Below, one piece after another: positions 1-9,574 of a stretch of DNA of 64,000 bases. Position numbers and translations under genes: made by a program. Within the stretch, counting starts at the first letter, position 1; each line of letters begins with the position of its first letter. Below the pieces are notes generated by a model. That model was not told the origin of the DNA and ran no database searches. It worked only from the letters and a program-made list of their open reading frames with translations. The stretch spans positions 32,001 through 96,000 of IMG/VR virus record IMGVR_UViG_3300035180_000343. One strand, given 5' to 3'. Origin of the DNA: a virus.

Positions 1-77
1 AAGTGCTTTATATCTCTCCAGAAAAGATTGATGTTCAAGTGCAAGCAGAAACGATTGTGTAATCAGCAAAGGATTGT

Positions 78-2471
78 ATGGCAACCGCATTAGATACCGT
101 AATTTCGTTTCAGTCAAACGTTGCTAGTGTTCTTCCACGTTATTTGCTTGAAGATCAAGCACTCATCATTCCATTTTTAGAAGCATATTACGAATGGTTA
201 GGAACTCCTGGTAATCCATTAAGTGCTGGCGCAAATATTCCGAATTACTCAAATATTGACACCACTAAGGCAGAATTCATTCAGTTCTTTAAAAATACAT
301 TTCTAACAGATTTCCCAGATGTAATTGCAAGTGACAAAACATTACTAATCAAACATATTTTAGATTTCTATAAAGCAAAAGGAACTGAAAAAGCATTCGA
401 ACTTTTCTTTAGAGCAATTTATAATAAACCAGTTGAGTTCTATTATCCAAGAAATGATTTGCTAAGACCTTCTAATGGAAAATGGGAAACCGTTTCTTCG
501 ATGAAGGTTCACTATTCGGGTGAAACGTCCGACGTGTTCAAATTAATTTCAAAGAGCATATATGGCGAAACATCCAAAACTCGGGCTCGTGTAAATAACA
601 TTATTTGTTATCTAGTTGGAACAACGAAAGTTGCAGAACTCTTCGTTGAAGATATAGGAGGAATCGGGTTCCAACCTAACGAAACGATTAGATGTGAGGT
701 TTCACCTGGAATATTTGTTCAGTTTATTTCATCTCCAATTGTTAATCGTATTGAAATTATTTCTGGTGGACATGACTTTGTCCCAGGTGAAACAATTGAA
801 GTTCCAGTATCGTTTTCTTCGAAATGTCTTTTGAATGTTAAATCTGTTCTTGGCGGAGTCGTTTCGTCAATTAAAGTCATGACTCCTGGGTCTAACTATG
901 CGGTCGGAGATAAAGTTGTTTTTGACAATATGGAAACGGGCGGTGGTGGTGCTAGAGCAATCGTCGAATCCGTTACAGTAGATGGCAATATTTCGTCTAT
1001 ACGAATTATTGATGCTGGCAATGGATATTTCAAGTCTCCAGTCGTAACGATTTCTTCTGTAACTGGAAGTGGAGCATCTGTTTTAGCTAATATATCTGGA
1101 AATGGATCCGTTAAAGAACTGGACATTATAGGGTCTGGGTTTGATGTTAATGTGGCACCTACTGGATCTGTTGTGTCCATTGGGAGAAACTGCTTCTTGA
1201 AACTTTTTAGTGGAGCAGTTCATACTTATTCTGGATATAGCAATAAAGACGGGTTCTTAAACGATAAGGATAGAATTCAAGATTCCAATTTCTATCAAGA
1301 TTATTCATATGTTCTGAAAGCGGGCGTTGACGTGTCGCATTATGCAGACATCATTAAAGAGGTTGCACATCCCGCTGGGTTCAAGATGTTTGGCGAGTTT
1401 CAAGATGTAACAGAACTCAATATGAGCATGAATGGATGGAACATCCAAGACGAACTATCATCATATACTTTCTATACTGTGGACTATGATGCGTTCGTTG
1501 CCGGAGTTGGTCTTCTTGAGGACATCATCAATCTTTTCTTAAAGGTTGAAATGTGGAATGGAAATTCGTTCAATATCAATAATAAAATCGACGTAAACAA
1601 ACTTGCAATACAAGAAATTGCCGATATTGAAAATATGATTATCGGAGACGTGTTAGATACTTCTGGATATATTTGCGATTCTCCATTCGTTGTCGATGGG
1701 TATGCTCATGCTGATGAATATGATGATTCTTCATCTCTCGCCGCGATTGAATTAGAAATTAAAGCAAGAGACTGGTGGTTATTGGAAGAATATGTCGTCG
1801 ACGATGCTATTTTAAATACTACTTATAGAGACCCAAACGTATATCGCGAATTTTACGATTTTACAATTCTGGATTTCAACGAACTCATCAATGATCCATA
1901 TAAACGAAAGGAAGTCGAAGTTGCTGCATATGTATTGGGAGAATATGATTACATCCAACCGAGTACATCTTCTTTCTCGACAATGATTGCAAACGGCGAA
2001 ACCTCGAAGCAAATTTGGTTAGATTCTCATTATGTAGTTGATTCGGCATTAAATATAGAAAACGAACAGTTTGAAGTATTTTCGTTGTTTAACAATTCGA
2101 GTTCCTTTGGGACTCCATATTTAAATACAAAGTTACTCGAGAGAATGGCAGGAGATGTAATAGATGATCCACTTTCTCCAAAGACAAGATTTAGTTATAT
2201 GTCGACGCCAGAAATATTATCCTCAGACGACCCAACAAGATATTTCGCTGCAGCTGGTCAATATAACATAGAAACGAAATCGTTTATCTGGAATCAACGA
2301 CAAGTTGTTATTCCTCAACTAATTGGTAATTATAGCACCAATCAAACCAATGTAGGTGATTTTTACGAGTCGCTTGCATATATTGGTCGATATTCAAATT
2401 TGTTCAAGACAAACCCAAAAAGGTTTGAACAAAATAACACGAATGTGTTTGTGACTGTTGATATTTCTTAA
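78..2471 (+). CDS. gp7: Baseplate wedge initiator, T4 gp7-like
   Basis: N-terminal FLEAYYEWL and FYKAKGTEKAFELFFRAIY..FYYPRNDLLRPSNGKW, plus YQDYSYVLK..HPAGFKMFG, are typical of T4-like gp7; late structural context. Confidence 0.8.
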   Translation: MATALDTVISFQSNVASVLPRYLLEDQALIIPFLEAYYEWLGTPGNPLSAGANIPNYSNIDTTKAEFIQFFKNTFLTDFPDVIASDKTLLIKHILDFYKAKGTEKAFELFFRAIYNKPVEFYYPRNDLLRPSNGKWETVSSMKVHYSGETSDVFKLISKSIYGETSKTRARVNNIICYLVGTTKVAELFVEDIGGIGFQPNETIRCEVSPGIFVQFISSPIVNRIEIISGGHDFVPGETIEVPVSFSSKCLLNVKSVLGGVVSSIKVMTPGSNYAVGDKVVFDNMETGGGGARAIVESVTVDGNISSIRIIDAGNGYFKSPVVTISSVTGSGASVLANISGNGSVKELDIIGSGFDVNVAPTGSVVSIGRNCFLKLFSGAVHTYSGYSNKDGFLNDKDRIQDSNFYQDYSYVLKAGVDVSHYADIIKEVAHPAGFKMFGEFQDVTELNMSMNGWNIQDELSSYTFYTVDYDAFVAGVGLLEDIINLFLKVEMWNGNSFNINNKIDVNKLAIQEIADIENMIIGDVLDTSGYICDSPFVVDGYAHADEYDDSSSLAAIELEIKARDWWLLEEYVVDDAILNTTYRDPNVYREFYDFTILDFNELINDPYKRKEVEVAAYVLGEYDYIQPSTSSFSTMIANGETSKQIWLDSHYVVDSALNIENEQFEVFSLFNNSSSFGTPYLNTKLLERMAGDVIDDPLSPKTRFSYMSTPEILSSDDPTRYFAAAGQYNIETKSFIWNQRQVVIPQLIGNYSTNQTNVGDFYESLAYIGRYSNLFKTNPKRFEQNNTNVFVTVDIS

Positions 2472-2482
2472 AGGAGAATACA

Positions 2483-2899
2483 ATGTTTTCGTTTTTAACA
2501 ATGATTAGACCAATCTTGAGTTCGAAGATTCTTTGGATTGGAGTTCTTGTGGTCGTGGTTTTTATTATGGGGATGATGTCTGGGGCTAAGCATACCAGAA
2601 ACCATTATGAACCCATTGTAACTGAATTGAATTCTCGAATTGTGAATTATACAAAAACAATTGAGAATTATCAAGAAGTAATAAAAACACAGAATGCTGC
2701 AGTTGAAAAGTTGAAGGAAATAACTGACCAAAAACAAGTCATGATCGACGAAACTGTTAAGAGATTGGCGGAGCAAAAGAAAGTGTCGGACATTGCTATA
2801 AATACGATTAAGAACACTCCAAAACCTTCTAAGGATTTATGTGAAGCAGCGAGGATTGATTTTATGAAAGAATTGATTGAAGAGAGGAAGACCAAATGA
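2483..2899 (+). CDS. Inner-membrane spanin (Rz-like)
   Basis: N-terminal TM helix followed by a coiled coil; ATGA overlap with a lipoprotein gene. Confidence 0.75.
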   Translation: MFSFLTMIRPILSSKILWIGVLVVVVFIMGMMSGAKHTRNHYEPIVTELNSRIVNYTKTIENYQEVIKTQNAAVEKLKEITDQKQVMIDETVKRLAEQKKVSDIAINTIKNTPKPSKDLCEAARIDFMKELIEERKTK

Positions 2900-3162
2900 A
2901 AATCTTTCCGTTAGTTGTATTGTTGTTTTTGGTTGGATGTGCTGGACAGACAGTTAAGGAGCCAACTGAAGTCAAGGTTCCTGTTTATGTTCCATGTCAA
3001 GTCATTGTTCCCGATACTCCGGCGTTCGAGGTAGATAAATTAAATATCAACGCTGATATCTGGGATATGATGATTGCGTTAAGAGTTGAAAGACAACAAC
3101 GAAAGCAGTTTGAGCTCGAATTGTCAAATTTGCTGAATACTTGTATAAAGGACGCCAAATGA
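2896..3162 (+). CDS. Outer-membrane spanin lipoprotein (Rz1-like)
   Basis: Signal peptide with lipobox LVGC, Pro-rich VKVPVYVPC; directly after the i-spanin. Confidence 0.8.
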   Translation: MKIFPLVVLLFLVGCAGQTVKEPTEVKVPVYVPCQVIVPDTPAFEVDKLNINADIWDMMIALRVERQQRKQFELELSNLLNTCIKDAK

Positions 3163-3662
3163 AATATCTTGATGTCAGATCTCAGATTAAAAGTGGCGAC
3201 GTATTAGCTTGGACTGAGGGAAGTTGGAAGAGTTTGCGCGACATCAAACTTAACATTGTTCGCATTTTTACTAGATCGGAATACTCCCATGTCGGGATTG
3301 CTTGGGTTGTTGGAGAAAGAGTGTTCGTGGTTGAAGCAGTCATTCCACTTGTGCGAATTTACCCTCTTTCAAAACTAACACCATTCTACCTCATCAAGAC
3401 TCCATATAGTTGGAGCAAAGAAGCAGAAGAGAAGATGTTAGAAACGGTTGGGAAACCATATTCACAATGGGAAGCAATCAAGGCATTTCTTGGTCTGAAC
3501 ACTAAAGACGAAAAAGTTTGGGAATGTGCAAAATTAGTAAATGATACATTGGCAACGATTGATCCCAACTTTGAAGAAATTCCAGATATTCCAACCAATA
3601 CCGTTGAATATCTTTTAAAGAATAATTCGGTAATTAGTTTTGTTGAATCAGGAATTTGCTAG
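3159..3662 (+). CDS. Permuted papain-like (NlpC/P60, YaeF/YiiX family) amidase
   Basis: GDVLAW, YSHVGI (His), GKPY and WECAKLV (Cys) in permuted order; ATG at 3159 overlaps the o-spanin stop. Confidence 0.7.
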   Translation: MKYLDVRSQIKSGDVLAWTEGSWKSLRDIKLNIVRIFTRSEYSHVGIAWVVGERVFVVEAVIPLVRIYPLSKLTPFYLIKTPYSWSKEAEEKMLETVGKPYSQWEAIKAFLGLNTKDEKVWECAKLVNDTLATIDPNFEEIPDIPTNTVEYLLKNNSVISFVESGIC

Positions 3663-3681
3663 ATTTGTTAGCCAACATGAA

Positions 3682-3688
3682 CTAAATA
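3682..3688 (+). promoter_or_regulatory. Putative late promoter (CTAAATA)
   Basis: Variant of the T4-like late consensus, intergenic, upstream of the tail-accessory block. Confidence 0.4.
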
Positions 3689-3800
3689 CACAGCCAGCAG
3701 ATTGTGCGTGTTGTACATATCAAGACAAGCACACTGAGTTGGCATGGATGATTTGGCAATGGATATGGGGATACCAGCATGGCTTATAATAGGAGGAAAA

Positions 3801-4007
3801 ATGTCAAACACTGATGAACCGTTAATTTATACGACCAAAGGGAACCTTCCCATTAAGGATTTGAATTATTCCCATTCTTGGGAAGATGCAGATACGTATA
3901 TGAAATTTATTGAAACATATACCCTTGATGGTGAAGTTGTTAAGCAATCGGCACATGTTTTTATGAAACAAGGACAACAACTCAATTCTGAACTGGAGAA
4001 AATCTAA
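3801..4007 (+). CDS. Hypothetical protein (tail-associated block)
   Basis: AGGAGG RBS precedes ATG 3801; stop overlaps the next start (TAATG). Confidence 0.7.
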   Translation: MSNTDEPLIYTTKGNLPIKDLNYSHSWEDADTYMKFIETYTLDGEVVKQSAHVFMKQGQQLNSELEKI

Positions 4008-4474
4008 TGGCTAACACACAAGCAATACCTAAAACCTTCCGCGTCGATCTTCTAAATGGGATTCATGCTTTTGGAACAAGCGTAGTAAGAGGTTCAACAG
4101 CTGCGGATACTTTCAAAGCTGCTCTTTACCTCGCATCTGCAACGATTGATGCAAATATATCGGCATATACTACAACGGGGGAAGTATCTGGTTCAGGATA
4201 TACCGCTGGTGGTATTACCGTTACGAATGCTACCGCCCCCGCAAATACTGGCGGTACAGGCGTTGTCGCCTTCTGGACTCCATCTGCTTCACTTGCCTTT
4301 GGAACAGTTACGCTTTCCACTTCATTTGACTGCGTTATGATCTATAACAACACAGCGGCAGGTAAAAATGCAGTGTCAGTGAACACATTTGGCGCCACTA
4401 CGGTAACTGCCGCTAACTTCACCCTGACAATGCCTACCAACGATTTGACTAACGGCCTCATCAGGATTTCTTGA
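4007..4474 (+). CDS. Conserved phage virion protein (MANTQAI..FRVDLLNGIHAF family)
   Basis: Resembles the widespread MAITQA..SFK.ELL.G.H.F tail-associated proteins; T/A/G-rich. Confidence 0.6.
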   Translation: MANTQAIPKTFRVDLLNGIHAFGTSVVRGSTAADTFKAALYLASATIDANISAYTTTGEVSGSGYTAGGITVTNATAPANTGGTGVVAFWTPSASLAFGTVTLSTSFDCVMIYNNTAAGKNAVSVNTFGATTVTAANFTLTMPTNDLTNGLIRIS

Positions 4475-4476
4475 TC

Positions 4477-4881
4477 ATGACGCTACGTGACGAAATAACG
4501 ACACGCCTGGACTGTGCTGCCGCACTTGCTGCAAGAGATTGTGGTGAGTTGGCACACATCTTGTCTATTGGCCGCACGAAACAGATTGATTTCAATGTTG
4601 GCTATGGCTCGGTGCTGGATACGCTCGGAGCAGAGTCCGGCGCTGCATTTCTTGACGGATTGACTGCACTCGCCGCAACCAACAGCCCAGTGAAATGGGC
4701 ATTAAAACTATTGGATCGCGGCGAATTGAACGTAGGGTCACCGAAAACGCAAGCACAACTGGATGCACTTGCCGCAGGTGGCGTCATGCCCCAGGCTGTA
4801 GCAGATACGCTCAAGGCGCTGGCGCTTGTGCCCGATGTGGTAACTCCGCAGGAAGTACAAACTGCGCTGGAAGGATTCTAA
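4477..4881 (+). CDS. Hypothetical protein, GC-richer prophage-like
   Basis: Tightly packed ORF with visibly higher GC than the flanking T4-like core. Confidence 0.6.
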   Translation: MTLRDEITTRLDCAAALAARDCGELAHILSIGRTKQIDFNVGYGSVLDTLGAESGAAFLDGLTALAATNSPVKWALKLLDRGELNVGSPKTQAQLDALAAGGVMPQAVADTLKALALVPDVVTPQEVQTALEGF

Positions 4882-5331
4882 ATGGCTACGATAAAACAAA
4901 TAGTAGGTACACGCACCAGCCTGAATGTCACCGGCCTGAGTACGCTGGCCGCTGGAACTTATGTGAGTTCAGCAGTTTATATAGCGAACACGAATCAGCC
5001 GCTTGATGTGATTGTTGAAGTCGATATAGCCACAACGAATACGCCTGCTGGCAACAAGCAGGTGGTGGTGTTCGTCCAGGAATCACTCGATGGCACGAAT
5101 TTCCGTTCAGGCCCTGGAAGCGGAACCACAACAACAGATGAGCCTAATCTGCGCCTGCTCGGAACTGTGCCGATGAACAGCGTCACAACTACCCAGATTG
5201 GGACATTCTCGGTAGCGCAGGCATTGGGTTACTGCCCGTATGCGTTCAAGCTCGTGATAAAGAATGATTTGGGCGTAGCGCTCACCAGCGGAACTGCGTT
5301 CACCAGCGAAATTAGTTCGACCGTAGCATAA
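4882..5331 (+). CDS. Hypothetical beta-rich tail accessory protein
   Basis: T/S-rich jelly-roll-like sequence, translationally coupled. Confidence 0.6.
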   Translation: MATIKQIVGTRTSLNVTGLSTLAAGTYVSSAVYIANTNQPLDVIVEVDIATTNTPAGNKQVVVFVQESLDGTNFRSGPGSGTTTTDEPNLRLLGTVPMNSVTTTQIGTFSVAQALGYCPYAFKLVIKNDLGVALTSGTAFTSEISSTVA

Positions 5332-5341
5332 GGATCAGGCA

Positions 5342-7255
5342 ATGAGTAGCCTGATCCTTCCTCGTAGTTGGACTAGCCAGCCACAGACACCGACCCAACT
5401 TGATCCAAAATGGGTTGCACTCGGTGCAAAAGTCTATGTTTCGCCAAATTTTATTGCGCGAAAATCAGGACAAATAGCCGTACCAGTTATTGCATCGCCT
5501 GCAACTACAGCAATTGGCGCAGATGGTAGATGTTTTGACTTTACGGCTGCAAATGCAAAAGTACAACTTAGTTCGTCTGATATACCTTCAAATCCTGAGT
5601 ATTCAATAGTAGCTTCTTTCGTCTGGAAAGCTACCGCAGCCTATGGAAACATTTTTTCTTTGGCTGTGTCAACATTTAATGCCCCTTACTATATTTGGAC
5701 GATAGGCCGAGATGGCAACAGTGGATTCCGCATTGCTTATAGTGATGGCACGACCGCGCATGAACTTTTTGGGACAGGTTCGCTGCAATTAACAGCAGGC
5801 AAATCATATACAGTTGTCTTTGTAAATTCTAAAGCAGGGGCATTTTGCTATATCAATGGCGTCAAGTATGGTGCTGGTGTTTATTCTGCTCCAGGAAGCA
5901 CAACAAGCATTCCAACACTTGGTGTTCTATCCACCAGTTCTGGATATGATTATGATGGATTAGTTTATTCTGGGATTATATTCGATGCTCCTTTATCTAA
6001 TTCTAATGCTAGTAGATTATCGTTAAATCCACATCAAATACTCAATTCGATGCCTCGCCGGTTGTGGGTAGTTGGGGCGGTCGATGGTAATATATCGCTA
6101 GCACTTACAGGTCAATCACTCACTAATAATCTTGGCAATCTATCTGCTTTTGTTGCATCTTCTGTGACTGGAAATGTGACAACACTACAACAAGGATCGG
6201 TAACAGCCAATATAAGCACCACAATAACAGGACAGCAGGTTTCGACAGCACAGGGTTTCATATCTCCTGATGTGCAACCTGCAATAACAGGACAGCAGGT
6301 TTCGACAGCACAGGGTTTAATATCGCCTGACGTAAGCACCACAATAACTGGACAATCGGTATCTTTAGGGCAAGGTTCTACAACTGCATCAATCAGCCTT
6401 GCGCTTACAGGGCAGCAGGTTTCGATAGGACAAGGATCGGTAACAAACGCTGCTAGTAGTGACGTTACAAAAGCTCTATCTGGGCAAAGTTTATATGTGT
6501 CTCAAGGCCCATTAACTACATCAATCAGCCTTGCGCTTACAGGACAGCAGGTTTCGACAGCACAGGGTTTAATATCTCCTGATGTGCAACCTGCAATAAC
6601 AGGACAGCAGGTTTCGACAGCACAGGGTTTCATATCTCCTGATGTGCGATCTATAATAACAGGACAGCAGGTTTCAATAGGGAAAGGTTCTATAACGGCA
6701 TCAGCTAGTTTTGCTCTTACAGGGCAGCAGGTTTCGATAGGACAAGGATCGGTAACAAACGCTGCTAGTAGTGACGTTACAAAAGCTCTATCTGGGCAAA
6801 GTTTATATGTGTCTCAAGGCCCATTAACCGCATCAGTTGGTCTTACACTTAATGGTCAAAGCATTATTTTAAGCGGTGGATCGATATCTCCAATTATTAA
6901 CTCCGCACTTGTGGGGCAACAATCATCTGTTCAACAGGGAAGCACATCTGTAAGCGTTTCTTCTGGATTACTTGGGAATGCTGTTGTTGTATCCAATGGA
7001 ACGGTTGTTCAAGCGGGTTCTGACATTATAAAGGCGCTCACTGGCCAACAGTTAATGCTAACTTTGGCTAACCTGTTCGAGTACAAAACAAGCACCGATC
7101 TGTTATCGAATGTTTCCGCAATCGCAGCCTACGTTCAAGACACGCCAATCGCAGCCTACGTTCAAGACACGCCAATCGTAGCCTACGTTCAAGACATGCC
7201 AATCGTAGCCTACGTTCAAGACACGCCAATTATTGCTATTTCACAAGGTATTTGA
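5342..7255 (+). CDS. Tail fibre/adhesin with LamG (concanavalin A-like) domain and ~20-aa repeats
   Basis: LamG-like SIVASFVW..TVVFV..FCYINGV..FDAPLS, then repeated LTGQQVSTAQG units. Confidence 0.7.
   Translation: MSSLILPRSWTSQPQTPTQLDPKWVALGAKVYVSPNFIARKSGQIAVPVIASPATTAIGADGRCFDFTAANAKVQLSSSDIPSNPEYSIVASFVWKATAAYGNIFSLAVSTFNAPYYIWTIGRDGNSGFRIAYSDGTTAHELFGTGSLQLTAGKSYTVVFVNSKAGAFCYINGVKYGAGVYSAPGSTTSIPTLGVLSTSSGYDYDGLVYSGIIFDAPLSNSNASRLSLNPHQILNSMPRRLWVVGAVDGNISLALTGQSLTNNLGNLSAFVASSVTGNVTTLQQGSVTANISTTITGQQVSTAQGFISPDVQPAITGQQVSTAQGLISPDVSTTITGQSVSLGQGSTTASISLALTGQQVSIGQGSVTNAASSDVTKALSGQSLYVSQGPLTTSISLALTGQQVSTAQGLISPDVQPAITGQQVSTAQGFISPDVRSIITGQQVSIGKGSITASASFALTGQQVSIGQGSVTNAASSDVTKALSGQSLYVSQGPLTASVGLTLNGQSIILSGGSISPIINSALVGQQSSVQQGSTSVSVSSGLLGNAVVVSNGTVVQAGSDIIKALTGQQLMLTLANLFEYKTSTDLLSNVSAIAAYVQDTPIAAYVQDTPIVAYVQDMPIVAYVQDTPIIAISQGI
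6220..6830 (+). repeat. Intragenic ~60-nt (20-aa) repeats including a ~115-nt exact duplication about 300 nt apart
   Basis: acaggacagcaggtttcgacagcacagggtt recurs; cttacagggcagcaggtttcgatagg..ggcccattaac occurs near 6413 and 6716. Confidence 0.9.
7121..7228 (+). repeat. 4 x 27-nt tandem repeat (I[AV]AYVQD[TM]P)
   Basis: atcg(c/t)agcctacgttcaagaca(c/t)gcca x4, directly visible. Confidence 0.95.
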
Positions 7256-7593
7256 TAGGAGCCATCATGGCAATTATAAGACGCAGACGCGGCAATACAC
7301 ACAAGGATTTGCTGACAATCATCAGTTCATCTACGAATTTGCCAATTGACATCACGGGGTGTAGTTTTGTTATGAACATCACCACCGATAAGGCGCCCGA
7401 CTCACTCGGCACCAATTTATTATATTCGCTGACAGGTACAATTGTCGCGCCCGCCACAAACGGCCAAGTCACATTCACGCCAACGTTGGCTCAGGCAACA
7501 CAAGCTGACGGTACCTACTACTACGAAGTAATTATGACGGATACTCAAGGACTGACTGAAACCGTGGCGATGGACAAGTATATCTACTATTGA
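7252..7593 (+). CDS. Small Ig-like/BppU-like tail or baseplate accessory protein
   Basis: PIDITGCSFVMNI..GQVTFTPT..GTYYYEV pattern. Confidence 0.55.
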   Translation: MIGAIMAIIRRRRGNTHKDLLTIISSSTNLPIDITGCSFVMNITTDKAPDSLGTNLLYSLTGTIVAPATNGQVTFTPTLAQATQADGTYYYEVIMTDTQGLTETVAMDKYIYY

Positions 7594-7638
7594 CGGTGAG
7601 AGGATAAATATAATAACAGTAAAAGGGAAAAGATAAAG

Positions 7639-8166
7639 ATGCCATTCGCTTCATTAAATCTTGACGAAACATTTAAAATACAGTTTGATGTCGAAGTGTT
7701 CGGAACGACACTTAGGCCTGCCACTGTTAGATTTGTGTTCGACTCTCCAATTGGAATCTTTATTCTTGGAACTCCTGGAGATGGGACACAAGTTGACTTC
7801 GAAATTCCAAAACTCAATGGGATTCTTCTTCCAGGAGTTTATGATTGTCATATTGAAGCATTCGTTGAAGACAAGGTGTTTGTTCCATTCAGAGATACAA
7901 TCGAAATGTTGGCTCCAGTGCCACTAAGACCATACGAAGCCGAATCGATCGAGGAAAATATTCAAGTGTCTGTTAAAGTAAAGACACCCCAAGAGATCGA
8001 ACCAAAATCACAATTTGAAGTTGAAGAAGCTGACGGAGTAAAATATTTGAAGAACTCGGATGGACTTTATGCTGGTCTACTTCTAGAATCTGGAGAACTT
8101 CTTGTTGAAACTCCAAGTGTGAATAAAAAAGAAGTTATTAAAGAAATTATGCGAGGTGGTAAGTAA
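7639..8166 (+). CDS. Hypothetical virion protein
   Basis: ORF preceded by an ATAAATA late-like motif near 7604 and coupled to gp13. Confidence 0.6.
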   Translation: MPFASLNLDETFKIQFDVEVFGTTLRPATVRFVFDSPIGIFILGTPGDGTQVDFEIPKLNGILLPGVYDCHIEAFVEDKVFVPFRDTIEMLAPVPLRPYEAESIEENIQVSVKVKTPQEIEPKSQFEVEEADGVKYLKNSDGLYAGLLLESGELLVETPSVNKKEVIKEIMRGGK

Positions 8167-8906
8167 TGGCTACTATTATATCAAGATCACAATTAAGAGA
8201 TTATGCTCTTCGCAAACTTGGAAGTCCAGTTGTTCGAATCAATGTTGCCCCAGAACAGTTAGAAGATTGTTTAGACGACGCAATTTTGAAATTCCAAACA
8301 GAGCACATGGATGGCTCTGAAGTCGTATATCTTCCAATTACTATCACTGCTCAAAATTTGATTGATCAATTTTTTGATGTTGACCCAGACATTCTTTCAA
8401 TAACACAGTTGATTCATATTAGCGATCTTGGAATGAATTTATTTTCGGATTCATTCCAATATATCCAGAGTTTTTATCCATTTGCGTTATCTGGTCAAGG
8501 ACTTCTCACATTTGACATGGCATTACAATATAGAAATGTCATCAAGAAAACATTGCTTGGAACTGGGTTACGGTTAAGACATCAATATCATGGAAGAAGA
8601 CTTTTCGTTGATGTTGATTGGACAACGTTTAAAGAGGGTCAGATTATCGTTGTTGAAGCATTTCGTAAAGTTGACCCAGAAGTCGACAATTCAATGTACA
8701 ACGATCCATGGTTGAGACGCTTTGTCGTTGAAACAATAAGACTTCAATGGGGACAAAATATGTCCAAATACGGTTCGGTTCAGATCATGGGTGGAGTGTC
8801 TGTCGATGGAGCCGCAATGGTCCAGCTTGCAAAAGACAACATTGATGAATTGATGGATGAGCTCGAAACCAAATGGACAATGCCCACAGATTTTTTCACT
8901 GGTTGA
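8166..8906 (+). CDS. gp13: Neck protein gp13
   Basis: LRDYALRKLGSPVVRINVAPEQLEDCLDDA and WGQNMSKY..MGGV..G motifs. Confidence 0.93.
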   Translation: MATIISRSQLRDYALRKLGSPVVRINVAPEQLEDCLDDAILKFQTEHMDGSEVVYLPITITAQNLIDQFFDVDPDILSITQLIHISDLGMNLFSDSFQYIQSFYPFALSGQGLLTFDMALQYRNVIKKTLLGTGLRLRHQYHGRRLFVDVDWTTFKEGQIIVVEAFRKVDPEVDNSMYNDPWLRRFVVETIRLQWGQNMSKYGSVQIMGGVSVDGAAMVQLAKDNIDELMDELETKWTMPTDFFTG

Positions 8907-8911
8907 ATTAA

Positions 8912-9574
8912 ATGGCACTTAATCCGTACTTTTCATGGACAAACGAAGCATCCGAACAGAATCTCTATCATGATTTAGCTGAAGAATTCACACAGATGTT
9001 CGGAATCGAAATAATCTATCTCAAGGTTGAAAATCTTGAGGGAGCAAACTACGATCAACTGTTTGGTGAGAATAGACAGCCACTTGTTAAGGCTGGCGTA
9101 CCGTTTGAAGTCTATCCCGCCGACATTGAGAATGTTGAACTTGGAGACGACATGTTTACCAAGTTCGGGCTTCAAGTGGACGACACGATTCACCTTTATT
9201 TTCCATATAAGAGATTTCAAAGTGTATTTAACGAGTTAAGACCAAGAGAAGGTGATTTAATCTTCGTTCAGAAATATGACGACCTGGGAGCAACTGATAT
9301 GTTCAGAATATCCTATGTTCAAAAAGATATCATATTTTATCAATTGGGAAATAACTATTTCTTTGATGTAAAAGCAGTTCGACATTCCTTCTCACACGAA
9401 GTTTATGAAGATGACACATTGAATCCACATGGAGATCTTGCAATAAACGTTGATCAACAGAAAGAACCCGAAAATCAAATTGTTAATGATACAAATACAG
9501 ACAATGCAACAATTGATTCTATTAAGAATTCAATTCTGAACTTCGACGAACATAACCCATTTGGTGATTCCTAA
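8912..9574 (+). CDS. gp14: Neck/head-closure protein gp14
   Basis: MALNPYF..EQNLY..FGIEIIYL..KFGLQVDD..RPREGDLI..FYQLG. Confidence 0.93.
   Translation: MALNPYFSWTNEASEQNLYHDLAEEFTQMFGIEIIYLKVENLEGANYDQLFGENRQPLVKAGVPFEVYPADIENVELGDDMFTKFGLQVDDTIHLYFPYKRFQSVFNELRPREGDLIFVQKYDDLGATDMFRISYVQKDIIFYQLGNNYFFDVKAVRHSFSHEVYEDDTLNPHGDLAINVDQQKEPENQIVNDTNTDNATIDSIKNSILNFDEHNPFGDS

Noticed and set aside
7121-7228. 27-nt repeats as a CRISPR array
   Set aside because: The repeats are head-to-tail with no unique spacers and are in frame within a CDS; no cas genes are present.
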